Source: Amoebophrya sp. A120 | Lineage: Eukaryota > Protista > Dinoflagellata | Direction of reading: 5' to 3' | Assembly (NCBI GenBank): GCA_905178155.1 | Contig: CAJINV010000005.1 | Coordinates: 439,319 to 503,318 of the forward strand | Length of the DNA: 64,000 nt | In this document: positions 48,883 through 62,488 of the stretch, in pieces | Layout of the letters: every line of letters starts with the position of its first letter | How positions within the stretch are numbered: the stretch's first letter is position 1 | Notes under the pieces: model-generated | What the model saw: only the letters and a program-made list of their open reading frames with translations | The model's database searches: none | Told to the model about the DNA's origin: nothing | Position numbers and translations under genes: made by a program

Positions 48883-50498
48883 CTTGCTTTGCCACTGAGG
48901 AAGATGGCAGCTGCGTCCTGGTGCAGGACGATTGATGTATGAAAATAAACGCGGGGTCGCCGGGTTGTTTTGCGGTATTGATTTCAATTTATGTTTATGT
49001 CGCGTATAACCACACTGGCTGCGACCACGCCAGAAAACAACTAGTACGACGTGACGTTGTGTTCAATAATTTCGTGCGTCGAAGCGGATCAGAACATATC
49101 GCATCCACGACGAACAGATACTCTCAGCTGCATCCACGAACCTGACAAGCTAAGCTGCACTTCAGTGGCATACACGATGATGGAGGCAGCTCTGTTGAGT
49201 CATGTGCCGTGAACCGAACCAGACGAGGCAGCCCGGGAAACCACCTTTGTCTAGATATTAGTACTACCTTAAGAATGACCAACGATGTGAACCATCACCA
49301 GCAACGAGAACTCACTAAAAGTCGCTTCAAAAATTTCTCACTCAGACAGAAACACGCAGCTATTGCCATTTCGACGCCTCTATTTACAAGTTGATCCGGC
49401 CTATTCTCGTGTGGTCCGGATTTCATCGCTCCAGAAGAAAATTTCAACTCGGTCAGAGTGAAGTTCTGCGACGATAATCGTGCACGGCTCGCTCGAAAAT
49501 ATTTCTACCAGCACTCTCAGGAGACACACGAACCAGATGTTTATTCCCCTCACCAAGAACAGGCAGTCCGGCTTGTGTGCGGATAGTCGCAACATCATGC
49601 GACATTTTTTCCTTTTATAATTTTTGCTACATCGACCGCATGAAGAACAAGATGTTGGCTTTCCCACACTGCCAGTTTGGAAAAGGTGAAAGTGCCATGA
49701 AAAGTGTGAAGACTGGTGCTCACCACCAGGATGGATAAAACCTCGGATAGGAAGCTGGAGGAGCTCTAGTATGGATGAAATTTCAAGATCAAGAACGTTT
49801 GGTACGACAAGTAATGATAAATGGCACTAGAACAAAGATATACAACTCATACTCACGACGTCCACAGCCACTCAATATCATATTTTTTTTTTCATTGCTT
49901 TATTTTCAGTGCCCATGATGATACTTTCAAAAGAGGCGGGACGATATTCAAATTTGTTAAAAAGTCATTCAAAATTGAAATTCTTGGTGAAGTGAAGTTT
50001 ACTCCCAGGTCGTGATAAAGTTTTCCGGGCGAGAAAAATGCAATAATTGCGGAACGGCTCAACAGTGTAACTTCATTTTGTGTCCGCATGGAGGACTCGT
50101 TCGTTTTGCCCGTCGGAACAGTTGTGAAAGCAATAAAGCCCAAGTAGACAAGAAGGCATTCGATTCCGAGAGACCTTTTTCATTTTTGGATGTGTAGTAC
50201 GGTGTCGCTTGTTGCTGACGAGCTTGTTTCTCGTGTCGTTGGTAAAGTCCTTCAGAATTTCGATCCGCGCCTCCCCCGACGGCTGCAGCCGCGCCGACCA
50301 CCTATTCAGGGATAATTTCAACTCGTCCGTGCTAAAATGCTTATGATTTTGGGTTAGATGGAGGTGGCACGCATGATTACCTTCCACACGACGTCCCAGA
50401 CTGACTGCTACCGCATGATATATTTCATTTCCTGCTATTTCAATCCATTTCTATAAATATTCTTCAACAGAAACAAACGCATGATGGAAAAATTTCAA

Positions 50499-53400
50499 CT
50501 ACGTAGAAGTACCTCCGCCCCGTCCCCGGGACCGCGAACGATCCCGGCGTTCCCTGTGATGCGATCGCTTCCGGCCTGCTTGGTGATCTCCACCGCGACC
50601 ACGCCCTCCTCCCACGTCGTCCGCCGACCCACGTCGGTTGCTATGATGCGTACCACCGCGGGAACGGCGCCGGGACGTGGACTTATTTCGGCCACGCCGG
50701 TTGTCCTTGCTTTCCGCTCGTGGTTGGTGTTGAGAAGCTGTGGTGCCGCTTGTTGGTTGCTGCAGTCCAAAAGACGAAGACCCACCTGCTCCCATCATGC
50801 TGTTCTGCAATTCGGTTGCTTGATCAGTATTGGATTGATCTTGTCCTGCGAAAAAACCAGCACTTGTTTTTTTGGAAGTCCAGCATGCCGGGTCGCCGGC
50901 AGCACTTATTTTTGTGCTATCGGGAAACGTAGAGGTTGATACGTGTTCATCGGTTTCGGCGGCAGCTGCGTGTTTATCTGTGTCACCATCTGTCGCGGTC
51001 GCTGCAGTTTTATTCGCATTACAGCTGGTCTGCTCGTACGGGTTGTTGTAGGCACCCCCGGCCGCGGTTCCGTAATTGTAGGAGTTGTAAAGTTGCTCCG
51101 CATAGGCGGCAGACGCAGCTGCATCCACACCGCTCGTTCCACTGCTCGTCCCCCAGAACTGCGCGGCCTGATCGCCGCTGTAGGTCCGGTCACAACCGCC
51201 TCGTGACGTGTTTGTTGCGTCCCCGCGACCACCTTTCATGCCACTTCGGCTCCGCTCGCCCCTCGTACCGCCACCTCCTTGCCCCGGCGGCGGGTGGAAT
51301 TTCGGCCGTCCCTGCCCGGGAGGTCCCTGGATGTTGCTCCCATAGATGCAGCTGTTCAGGTTGCTCGTCGGGGAGATGCCACTACCACCGCCTCCGTGGG
51401 CGGCTCCAGTGGAGCTGTTGTACCAGTGGCTTTGGTCGTGGGCTCCTGCTCCGGGGTACGCACCATGATGAGCTGCTGCTGCATTACTGTGCCAGTGGTC
51501 GGAGGTGGTCTGTGGGTCGTCAAAGGCAGATAGCATCTGTCCTTCGGACGACGTCATGGAAGAAGACGAATTGTAGTGCGCCGGGTTTTGCTCTTGATCT
51601 GGCCCCCGCTTGTACGGGTCTGGCATCACATTCGGAGTTGTGCTGGTACTATTTGTGGTCGATGATGGTTGAAGATCAACATCTTGCCCGCCGCGACCAC
51701 CACCGTGAGCGGCTTCCTGCTGCCGCAGCTGGTCACCAATGGTGGCAGCACATCCGGCAGTACGAGCAGAACCGGCATTTGCAGTAGTCCTCCCGCTGTC
51801 CTCGTGCAGGGCCCCAACATCAAAGGCACCTGGAGCTGCCGGAAAATCTTCGAGGTCATCATTTTCTGCGGCCGCGCCCATCAGCAACGCGGCCATGTCC
51901 GCTGCGGCGGAGCAACCGGCTGGTTCAGAATTGTTGTGGTGCCCATGGCCGCTGTCTTCGGGAAGGGACGGGGAAGATGCGGTGGTACTGCTGGTGGGGA
52001 AGGTAGACATTTCGTTCGGTGCAGCTTTACTCCCACGAGGACCGCCTGCGTGTTGTTGACCATACGGGGCGTTTGAATTGTAGTTGCTCAAACTACTGAC
52101 CGTGTCCTCAGGAGCTGCTGCTCCATTCGGTGGTCCTTGCTGTAGTTGACCACCTAGACCTGCTTCTGCTGTTCCACAAGAGGAGCCGTAACCTGTTCCA
52201 TAATGAGCGCTCGACGTGGTCGTGGTCCCAACATGTTGAAAATCATGCTGCGCCGGTTTATTCGGACTAGGCGTGTTTTTTTTCATGCTCATCGCATTTT
52301 CAAAACTTGTAATGCCCCCGCGCTGATGAAGAATGTCTGTGTTGATTTTGTTCTGCATGGGATTATAATTCGACGAGTTCTTGCTTTTGTTTTGCGCACC
52401 GCTAGAAATACCACCACGATTCGGCGAGGACGTTGTCCCGTGGTCTTCGCCAAGCAGCGCGTTCTCGATTTCCCGCTGCTCGGAGGTGCTGGAATGATCC
52501 TGCAGAGGCGGCGGGGGTCCTCCCGAGTGCGACGAGCTAGTACCGTAGGCTGATGGATTGTTCATCTCAAACATATGTTTTAGTGGGTCCTCGTTTGGTG
52601 CTTCTAAAGCTTGTGGCTGATCGTAACCTCCTCGACCGCCCTGTCCGTACGCGCCCCCAGTCGCGCCCATACTGGCATTGGTCTCTGGCACAAACGCCGG
52701 ACCTCCTCCGCGATGATTGCGGTCGTGAAGCGGGGGCCCATGCTGGTCCGATGCTCCTGAGTATCCGCCGCCGTAGGGTCCGCCTCCTCCGCCTTCCTGA
52801 TTGTAGCGTTGAGGACCACGATGGTCAAAGTGATCTCGCGCGGCCGAGCTGCAGCCGGGTCCCCCGCGAGGAGGTGGACCATTTTGCCCATGGTAACTAG
52901 TTCCACTGCCATAGTTGCTCCTATAATTTCCCCCGCTACACCCACCCGCAAAATGGCTGCTCCGATCGCCGCTCACTTTACGTTCTGGAACGACTCCTGC
53001 TCCCGAGTTATTAGTCGCAGCTTTATTTCTGTCCACCTCCTTGCTCAGCTTCCGCTCCGGCGGGGGGAGAACTTGACTGCCTTTTCTTTCCTGCCGGTTC
53101 TGCGATTGATGATTCTGGCCCGATTTGCTGCGGTAGTTATTATTGTTGTGGGAAGTAGAACTATTGCACGACTCTTGTTCCGATTTCTCCTTTGTGTTGT
53201 CGACTTCCTTCGAACTTTTTCGGTAGTTGTTCTGTTGCGAGTATGACTCTTGTTGAGTACTAGAATTCTCGTCCTGATTCCGATTTTTGTTATTTCCGAG
53301 GACACTGTCATTGTCGTTACTTTTCGACGCATTGTTGTTCATCCACCATTCGCCTCCGCCTTTGCCACCCCCTAGCGGGCAGAGGTTCGGGTTGTCGTAA

Positions 53401-56400
53401 TGATCATCCTTTTTGTTACCTCTAGATGAAGTACCGCCTCCACCGCGTGATTGTGATTGGGGATTATTACCTTCCTTGTTGTTCCCAGATGATGAATGAT
53501 GAGAATTATTTCCGTAGTTGTTCTCTTTAGACGAGTTCCGTGATCCACCTCCACCCTTCATACTGTGGAGTTCCATCATGTCGTGGTATTTCCCACCATA
53601 CCCGCCTCCTGCGCCCATCTTTCCCTTCACCATCATCATGTGCTCCCACTCCGCCTTTCCCATCGGCCCACCCCAGCTCCCTGGGGGGCCCCAGGAAGAG
53701 GGGCCTCCACCCGGCGGGCCGCCTTTCATCATATGATCGCCTCCTTTGCTCATCATGTGGTGCTCGGACCAAGAACCTTTCGCAGCCATCATGTCCGGTG
53801 GTACAAAAGGACCCACACCTCGTTGTTCACCACCTCCGTAGGGACCACCTCCCGCTATCCAAGAACTCTTGCCACTCCCGCCACCATCCATCTTCCCCCA
53901 AGCAGGTCGATCCGGGCCGGTGAGAGGTCGGTCTTTCCCGCCGTTATGCGGGTTCATCCAGTTGTCACTGTACATACCCCCCTTAAGCGGGTCGCCGAAC
54001 GAGTTGTGATGAGAACCGCCACCTCTTGCCCCCATGATATTGCCAAACGGTACTCCCGGGCTGCGATCGTCGTTGTAGCTACTGCCCCTCATGTTTCTGT
54101 CACGGCTGCGGCGCTGATGGTTGTCGTTGTAGTTGCTTCCACCTCGATTGCTGTGCATGTTGCTATTCCCTCCATTCCCTCGGCCCCCGCCACCTCCGCG
54201 GAGGTGATCACGTTCGTGATTGCGGCCGCGATGGTAATTGTCACCACGGTCTTGCATATTGTAGTTGTTTCGATGACTGCCATAGTTGATGTCGTAGTTC
54301 CGCGGTGTCGCGATGCTGCAATCCCTTGCAGCTTTCCCCTCCAGCTGATCGAAACCCACCGGTTCGTTTTGATGTGGTCTTTTGTAGCCCCCGCCTCCTG
54401 CTTTCGGTGTGTAGTTCGTACCGCCGGACCGGTGGCGATTTTGGGCTCCGGTTGTGGAGCGGTGGGTGTTATTATTTACCCCCGCGTGACGCCCGGAATG
54501 ATCGTCGTTTTGGTGGTGGCCGCCTCGACCGCCGCGGTGGTCACCACGATGATGATTGTGATTTTCACGATCGCGGTGTTCACGGTCACGGTTGTTGGCT
54601 CCATGTGGTCCAGCACCTCCACGGTCGCGGTCGTGACCATAATTATCATCCTGGTTGCTGTAATTTCTTCCGCCTCTAGAACTATCGTGATGACGGCCAC
54701 GGCCGCTGTGGTCGTTATGTGCTGAATGTAGTTGCCCATGTTGCCCACCTGTCGAAGTGCCGCCTTGTCCTGCTCCCCTCGCCAATCCACCATGGTCACT
54801 GTAGTTGTAACTATCATCATTCAGGCCATTCGCATTGTTCCCGCGACTCAAGTCGTGTCGGCCTGACCGGCTGCCGCTCCGAAGATGACTGCTGTTGTTC
54901 ATCATCGTCCCACGATCTTCCGAGCGGTTGGTCGCTGACCCAGAAGGTGGGCCTACACTTCTACCGGTTGTTGGCGTTGGTCCATATAGCAACTCATGGT
55001 ACGTATGAACTGCAAAAGTATCGTATTCGTATAATTGCATTACAAATCTCCTCAGCATGAGAAAGAAAATTTGTAATGCTGATTTACCCCCACAAAAAGA
55101 TTTGTAATGCATGATTGCAATACGAATACGATACTTTTGCACAGGATAGTACGAGATTCCCACCGGCGGTTGCCGAATAGCGTGTGGTGCGCCGGGACTG
55201 CTCTGTGCGCCGGGGCCGGAAAGACGTACACCAGAGTTACTTTTAGGGTTGATATTGCCAACATTACCACCTCCGCTGCTCGAAGTAGTTGTGCCTCCAC
55301 CTCCGCCGAATAAGTGCGCCAATGCCTGGTTCACTACAGCTGGATCCGCCGCGGGCGGAGCACCAGCGTTAGTACCCCCGCCATTCGTCAGCATCAAATC
55401 GATGGTCTTGAAGAAATCTCCATCGTCTGCCTTTTTCGCTGGTTTCGGAGCCCACTTTCGACTTCTCCCGTTATTTCCGGAGTCGTCATTAGATTCCGGA
55501 GACCCGGACCCCGCATAATTGTTGTTGGCATGATCAAAAGAGCCCCCGGAACTGTTTGCCAGATGGTAATTATTGTTTATCGCCATACCTCCGGAAGCAG
55601 AGGAACTATTCGAGCCTGTTCCACCTCCTGCTTCTCCCAGCAGCTGCAAAGCGTTCATGGTTTGCGGAGCAACTCTACTTTCTCGCTCGGCTTTCGCTGG
55701 AGAGGGGGGCTTCGAGGACTCATTCCGCGTCACGGTTAACCCTGCCAGTTGCAAAATGGTGTCCACGTCACTCGCGGAAGCGTTTGCCATGCTGCCGCCC
55801 GAGGAGGTTTGATGTTGTGCGGGCTTGGTGATAGTACTTGCTTCTGGTTTATTCTGCAAGCTGAAATTATCCTGGTTGTTCGGAGGAACTATCGTAGCGG
55901 AACAATTCGCAGGTATCGTCGAACACACGACACCTGCAGGTGGTGGCACAACCAGAGCAGCAGTCGCCGCTTGCGTGACCTTCTGCAGCTCCTCCGCGAC
56001 CCGCATGCGCTCCTTCTCCTCCTGCCTTCTGACCACCTCGTCGTGGTAATTCAAGTACGGGAGCAGCAGGCCTTGCAGGTAATTGGAGAAGTCATTGGGG
56101 GTGAGGATTTCCCGCAGCGCCGCCGAGGTGGGGGAGACAATACGGCGGAGAAACTCCGCAGGGCTGGCTTCCATGAAATTATTGTTGTCCACAAAACAAA
56201 CCCGCAAACAGCTGTTTTTCGTCCGCGTCAAACTGACGTCTAACTTTCCAAACCGGTGCGCCCCATGGGGGCTCCGCGTCCAGGGGAGTGGAAGCGGCCA
56301 CTGCTCAATCACCTTCTCAAATTGGTCCGCGTCCTCCGCGCCGGCCTCTTGCTGGATCTTCTGAGGTGTAATTATGTTTTTGATGTTTCACGATGTACTG

Positions 56401-59400
56401 TGTGTTCTTTGTTGAAGCATGAAGTAGATCTTCTGCACGATAGAGCGCTCTACAAACGAAACATCGATATTAAATAAAGAATAAATAACTCCAGTGCTGT
56501 TGCTGTAAACAAAGAAATCGATACGTTCTTCCCGGGGGTTGTTCCAATGTCGAAGTTTTTCGTTGCTTCGTCAACTTTCGGATCGCTCGGCTTCACCATG
56601 AAGAAGCACACCTCGCACACGTCCTGGAAGTGCAACCGGAGAATTTCTGCAATCGTCTGCGCCCGCAGGATCGGGGGGTTTGGTAGCCGCAACGCTTTCA
56701 ACACTTCCCGGCGGAAAGCCGGCTGGTGCAAGGACCGCCACGACAGAAACACGTGGTCCACGGTATTACTATTTTGCTGTTGGCCCCCGCCCCCGCTCAT
56801 GCAAGAACTGCCGCCTCCTTCCCCGTGATGCAGAGAGCCGCCACTGGTCCCCCCCGGCGTGCTGCTTTGCTCCATCGGCGAGTTGCCGTTCTGTCCCTGC
56901 ACGTGGTTCCGCTTGTTTTCCACGTGGTTCGGCACGGAAAAGCACCGGATCCGGTGAAACGCCGCTCGCAACGCGCCGGCCTGCCCTTTGCGGGTGGAGA
57001 AATTGGGGTCTTCGGTTTTCTTCTGCAACTCGATCGCCGCATTGTAGTTGTCGAGGAACATCTTGTTCTTCATGTTCCGGGCGTTTTGCAGCCAGCCGGT
57101 CATGATCATCCCGTGCCCCGCGGCCATGAAGTACTGGGCCTGCAGGGCTTCGACCGACTGCATAATGGAACCGAGAGGACCTATTATTTTGTGATTTTTG
57201 GAAAGAAATAAAAAAAACGCAACGTGAGCGAAGAAGCTCAAAAACGCGACGCGAATGAAATAATGAAAACAAAATCGACAAAAATTTCTACTTCATGTGT
57301 GAAACAAGATGTCGTCCAACAGAAGTACTTAATTGCAAGAACTACGTGGCACAGGAGGAGCTGCCGGAAAAGTTTTATCAGTACTCTTCTCCGCATCCTG
57401 ATTTTTGAAACTCATCGCCTGGATATTCTGCAGCTGTTCGGCGATGCTGGAGATGTGCTCGAGCACCAGTGCCAAGTGCAGCAAAAAGTGCTCTATGACC
57501 TGCTCAAGCGTTACAATCTCAAACGTTACAATAGAGTCTGGAATTTGTGTTGCATGATGGGCATGACAGACTCGCACAGCGTTCCACCTTTTGCAATACA
57601 AATTTCGACAGAATGCAGTGGGGTTTGGAGCTCCGGAACTTGTCATGCGCAACCCTATGAGAGTTGGCTGGATCATGCTCATCATGCAAGACAAATCTCA
57701 GATTCTATTGTAACGCTTGAGATTGTAACGCCTGAGCGGGTTATATGCTCCTTCGCCGTCTTTTGGGAGTTCTGGACCGTGAAGCGGAGCATGTCCGACT
57801 GGAGATGGGAAAACAAGTTATCATTCAGCTGCTGCAGTGCAGCCCTGTGCAGGCCAACGTCCTCCGCGTCAAAAACCTGTAGGGTTTTTGTTTCATCTTG
57901 TACGAAAGGACAATCATCCTCGCGTGTTGACTTCCTTCCTGAACTTGCACTCTGCAAAGCTGACGAGAAAGAACCTCGACCCAACAAGCGCACAATGACA
58001 TTGAACATGAAGTATGGGTAGTTCTTCTTGTGCTGAAAAAATAACAATATTTATAGTTTAGTAAATACCGACTTTCCCTCGTGCGACACGAGAAACGCGC
58101 AATCGGGGCGGTAAATTGTCGTGGGTACTTTGACCGCCCGCTGCTTGCTAATCTCTCGCTGGCTCCGCGGGAGCTCGCCCCGGAGTGCTTTCATCAGCCG
58201 CCGTTCTGCGTTCAGCCAAATTCGGTTCAAGTCTTCTTCCAGCCAGGACTGGAGTCTGTCGCCCAGATTCTTCAACAACTCCGTGGCGTACTCGGTGCAT
58301 TTCGGAAACTTCCGAATCAGCAAATTCGTGTCCAGAAACCGGTCCGCCTTGTGCAACAACGTTTCGTAGAACTTCCTCTCCAAATCCACGTCTTGAAGAT
58401 TGTCCTTCTTCTTGTTTTCGACCACGGAAGCATTTGCAGTATTCGGCTTGTTCGTGGTGTTGCTGTTCATCCTGGCCGCGTCCGGGCTGGCGAGAAACTT
58501 CTCCAGGTCGTGGTCTTCGTCCTTCTTGTCTAACTCGGAAATTCTTTTGTTGCGCAGGAAAATTTCCCGCTCCTTGCTGTAGATGCTAAGAGCGTGTAAA
58601 CAGAGCTCGTCGTCTAGAATGAGCTTCTCCAGTTTCTTCCGTTTGTTTGTACTATGCTGTTCTTGTGCGCCGGCTTGGTGTTTGTTGGCATTGTCTTTGT
58701 TCTCTTTCTTCTCCGCTGCGGCTGCTGAAACAAGAACGTCCTGGCTGTCAGTCCCGAACATCGGGGAGTCAAGGTCCTCAAAGTCATACTCGTCTTCGTC
58801 CTCCGAACTGTGGTCTGGGTCTTCCACCTCGACGACGCTCGGGCCGCTCTCGTGGCTCTTCACAGTAGAAGTCGCCTGCGGTTGTACAGCGAAAGCAACA
58901 TGCGCGTCGGTTTTAACATTGCTGTCCATAGCTGGTGCACCAGCAGTTGTAGTTTCCCCTACTTTATTAATTTCCGCCGTGTTCTCTGCGTCGGTCGTCC
59001 CAAAAATCATGCTTTCCTCGTCATGCTGATTCGCGTCATCTTCCGGTGCGCTTGATGCTTGTTTCATTTCCACGTCTGCCTGCCCATCATGATCTGCACC
59101 AAGAACCGTAGTACCGCCGTAATAATCCTGTGCATCATCAAAATCCAACAGATTCCGCGTTTTATTCCTCTGCATCTCTTCGGATGTTGACTTTCTCATT
59201 TGATGTTCCACTGTCGTTGTTTCATTTGTTCCGCTGTGCGCCGAAAGAAGTGGATGACTCGCTGCAACTTGATGTTGCAGCTGGTGGGTCCTCGTCTGAT
59301 GTTGACCACGATGTACTTGGTCAAGACTGCTTATCACCGGGGAGGATGTCTTTGAATAAATCTTCTGAACTGGTGGAGCAACTTTCTTCGCTTCTCCGAC

Positions 59401-62400
59401 AGAAATATTTTCCGACACTTTTACTTCCGGCGGGCCGCATTTCCTCCCCTTCTTGTTGCTGGTCAAAACGATCTTCCCTTGTTTCCTCGGTTTGGCAAAG
59501 TGAATCGCGGTCGAGGCGTTTTCGATCATGTCGATCGCCTCGATTTATGCATTGCAAATATGTCTGGGTCTGGAGGGATGCAACTTGTGATGCTAAATCT
59601 GAATCATGCAAAAATCTGTGTTGCATGAGTACGAAAAGCTGTCCTCTTTCGACCAAGTTGCGGGGGAGTTTCTCATGCGGGATAGGCATGATAGAGACCT
59701 CACAGAACCTGTCACGCTAGGTTCCACATTCCAGACCTCATGGGTCATGGAAAACCTGCATGACAAACCTTGCATCCTTCCAGACCCAGACATTTTTGAA
59801 TTTGATACGATTATTTTCCGCTTCGCCCCCTGCTCCCGCGTTTCGTTTGGGGCTAATTCGAGCAGGGCATCGAGAGCTTCGACCGAGGAAGTCATGATGT
59901 CTCTTTGAGGATTGATGTTCATCGTTGTGTAGGCGTTGGCGTGAAAATTTTGATTTTCTGGCGGTACTACCAGCATCTGCCCCAAAGGGGATTGTTTGAA
60001 CGACGCGGACATAATGGACGCGGGCGGAGGAACCCCTGCTGCTTTGGAGGTAGACACGAGGTAGGGCTGCTTCTGCTGCTGGGGGACACAAGAAACTGGT
60101 GGCACAACAGCAGTGGCCGCTCCTGTGTGGTTCGTCGCGGCCGCCGCGGGTGAAAAATTCGGGGACTGTCTACCCGGTAGCAGCTGCAGCGGTTTTTTCT
60201 TTGGCTTTACTGGGGCCAGCACGGGATTCTGTAGTTGAATCGTTTCCAGGGGAGATGGGGCGGCGGAAAAACCGGATTGAGCATGTTGTGGATTGAAAGA
60301 GGAGTAATCGACGGTCCTTCCTGACGGCGACCGGGACTGGCCTTGCTGTTGAGCCGCCTTATTTTGTAGGTCGACGCTCGACGAAGGTGTGCAACTAGAT
60401 GAGCAGGCACTATTAATATTCACTGCACGACCGTCTTCTTGTTGCTCATGGAAGAGGTTCATCGTCGTCCTGGCCGCGCCCGCGGGCTGGTCTTCTCTAA
60501 CATGCTGTCCATGTTGAACATGATGAAGAGCGAAATCGGGCGAACTGTTGTTTGACGCTTCGTCCGACGCGGAAAAGCCGCTTTTGCCCAAGGGTCGGGT
60601 CGTGTTGTGGTCCTCCATAGTTTTTTTTGCGTTTGAGTTCTTGAACGCATTGCTGTCAGCGCACATCGTCGACGAGGAAAGGACCTCCGGGGTTTTCAAA
60701 GCTTGGTCGACTATCTCGGTGGTAGTAGTGGTAGCTCCCTGGAGGAGGTTCATGTCGTGGTTTTCAGCTTCAGGAGCAAGTACCACTTTATTGTCTGCAT
60801 CTGCTGCGGCCGCCATATTAGTGTTCGTCCCCGTAGGTAATACCGTACAAGCGCTGGTGCTCGAGAATTTTGCACCTACTTCCTCAGGCGAGGACAAGAA
60901 CTTCATCGCAGCAGCACCAGTCCTCCCGTCTGCAGTGACAGTGGCCTCGCTGATGTCGCATTCCAAAAGCGTCGGTGCATTTTTATTGAAAGTTTTTACG
61001 GTACTGGCCGCGTCGGCTGCGGCTTCAGCTTCTTGTTCACCGCTAGTACTACAGGACGCCATGGGCTCCTCCGTAGACGACCATGTCGGCTGCAGTGGCG
61101 TGTCTGCGGTCCAGGTTCCAGACGGCAAATTTTCCACATCTTGCACCGCCTTGCTGCAACTTGTTTCCGTGGCGACTTCACAAGAACTGGTCCGCTGTCC
61201 AGGTACCTCGTCCGCACACGACACCTGTTCATCGCGTTCTTGCCCGCTGCTCGCAGAAGTCTCCAAACCCGTCGTCTTCTCCGAAGGGCAAGGGCACGGA
61301 GCATGGCAAGCTCCATTGCCAATCGCAGTAGATCCAGCAGGAGCCAGAGCGACCTTCAGAGAAAATGACAGGAAAGAAGATTATTCGATTAGTACTGGTT
61401 GTTGTTCATCATCCATTTTTTCCATTTGGGGTACTGCTACCCCTTTTCTTGCACGACCACCTTCAACATCAGTCGACTGCAACTATTTTTCACTGCATCA
61501 GCATCAGCAGGAGATCTTCGATTCTTCCTGGCTGGACGACCGCACAACGGTGTCTCCACCAGGCGCTGCCGGGTTATATTTCTGTCGGCGCCCAAATGAA
61601 CCTACAGCCTGGCGACTGGAGATGAAGCTCTGGTGCGCACTGTGCCAAAAAGAAGCGCAAAACATGTCGATGGTGGAATACAAAACAGTTCTTTATCATC
61701 ATTGTCACACAAAAAATTTCCAAAAAGATTACCTCCGCAGCTCCCGAAGTCAAAACAAAGTCCTCTGAAGGCAAAGCCTCAGCATTATTTGCATCTTCCA
61801 CGTTAACGCTCCCCGGGGAAAATGTTGAGACTTTAGGTGCTGTGTCATTGGTAGTTACGCAGTTTGGAAATAATTTGTGCGATGCAGACTCGTCTGTAGT
61901 CAGCAACGTCCTCGATTCTTCCCTCTCTCCAGCCGCAACCTCGTTCGCCGCTTTGTTCGCAAATAGGATTTCCGCCGCCGCGGGCGGCTCTGACCAGGAA
62001 ATTGCCGATCGCTCAGGACTCGTGTTAAGAGACGGGTCCGCGGAGGAGGGGGCGGTACCGGCTATTTCTATTTGTGTAGCTTCCCCGCCGGCTTCGGCTG
62101 CAAGCAAGTGCGGGTCTCGTTCTGCAGTAGTTGCCGTCGTCACGTTATCGATCCCGGAGTTAATACTCGAGTCCTGGTTGTTTTCACCCTCCTTATTCTC
62201 TTCATGTTGGTCTTCACTGACACAACACTGAGACTTCTCGGTCGTCGAGTTTTTGGGAGGCTGCTCAGCATCAGGGGACTGTTGAGCAACGACAGCGTCT
62301 TGCTCTTCATCTTCCTGCGCAGCATCTGGAGCTGCATTCCCGAGGACTGCTCTGGGAGATGATGTCGCCCGTGCTTCTGGTGCGGCACCAGGTTGTTGAG

Positions 62401-62488
62401 ACTGGTGGTCAGATTGAAGATTTTGCGGGGTAATATTTTCGGTGTTTGTATTTTTAACCAAGTGGTCTGGATTTATTTGAGAGCCCAT
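50499..62488 (-). CDS. Very large hypothetical protein with G/R/N/H-rich low-complexity C-terminal half; 3 introners plus GT-AG introns
   Basis: Consecutive minus-strand ORFs. Introner junctions are in frame (RKIIEAIDMIE; AKEHFLL; GISYHELL). The single-gene model and 5' exons are inferred. Confidence 0.65.
55004..55148. mobile_element. Stop-free in-frame TIR introner, family J
   Basis: TATGAACTGCAAAAGTATCGTATTCGTAT / ATACGAATACGATACTTTTGCACAGGATA; DR GTACG/GTACG; 145+5=150 nt. Confidence 0.9.
57494..57745. mobile_element. TIR introner, family I (opposite orientation to 47850-48101)
   Basis: DR TGCTC/TGCTC. Confidence 0.93.
59546..59807. mobile_element. TIR introner, family A
   Basis: DR CGATT/CGATT; same interior subfamily as 11211-11473. 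Confidence 0.93.

Noticed and set aside
2199-59807. Recurrent short ORF peptides (CKNVWVWK, MSGSGR, QTQTFLHLI, IWGGGIF, KNPPSPY) suggesting a repeated protein family
   Set aside because: They are translations of the introner TIRs in different frames, not genes.
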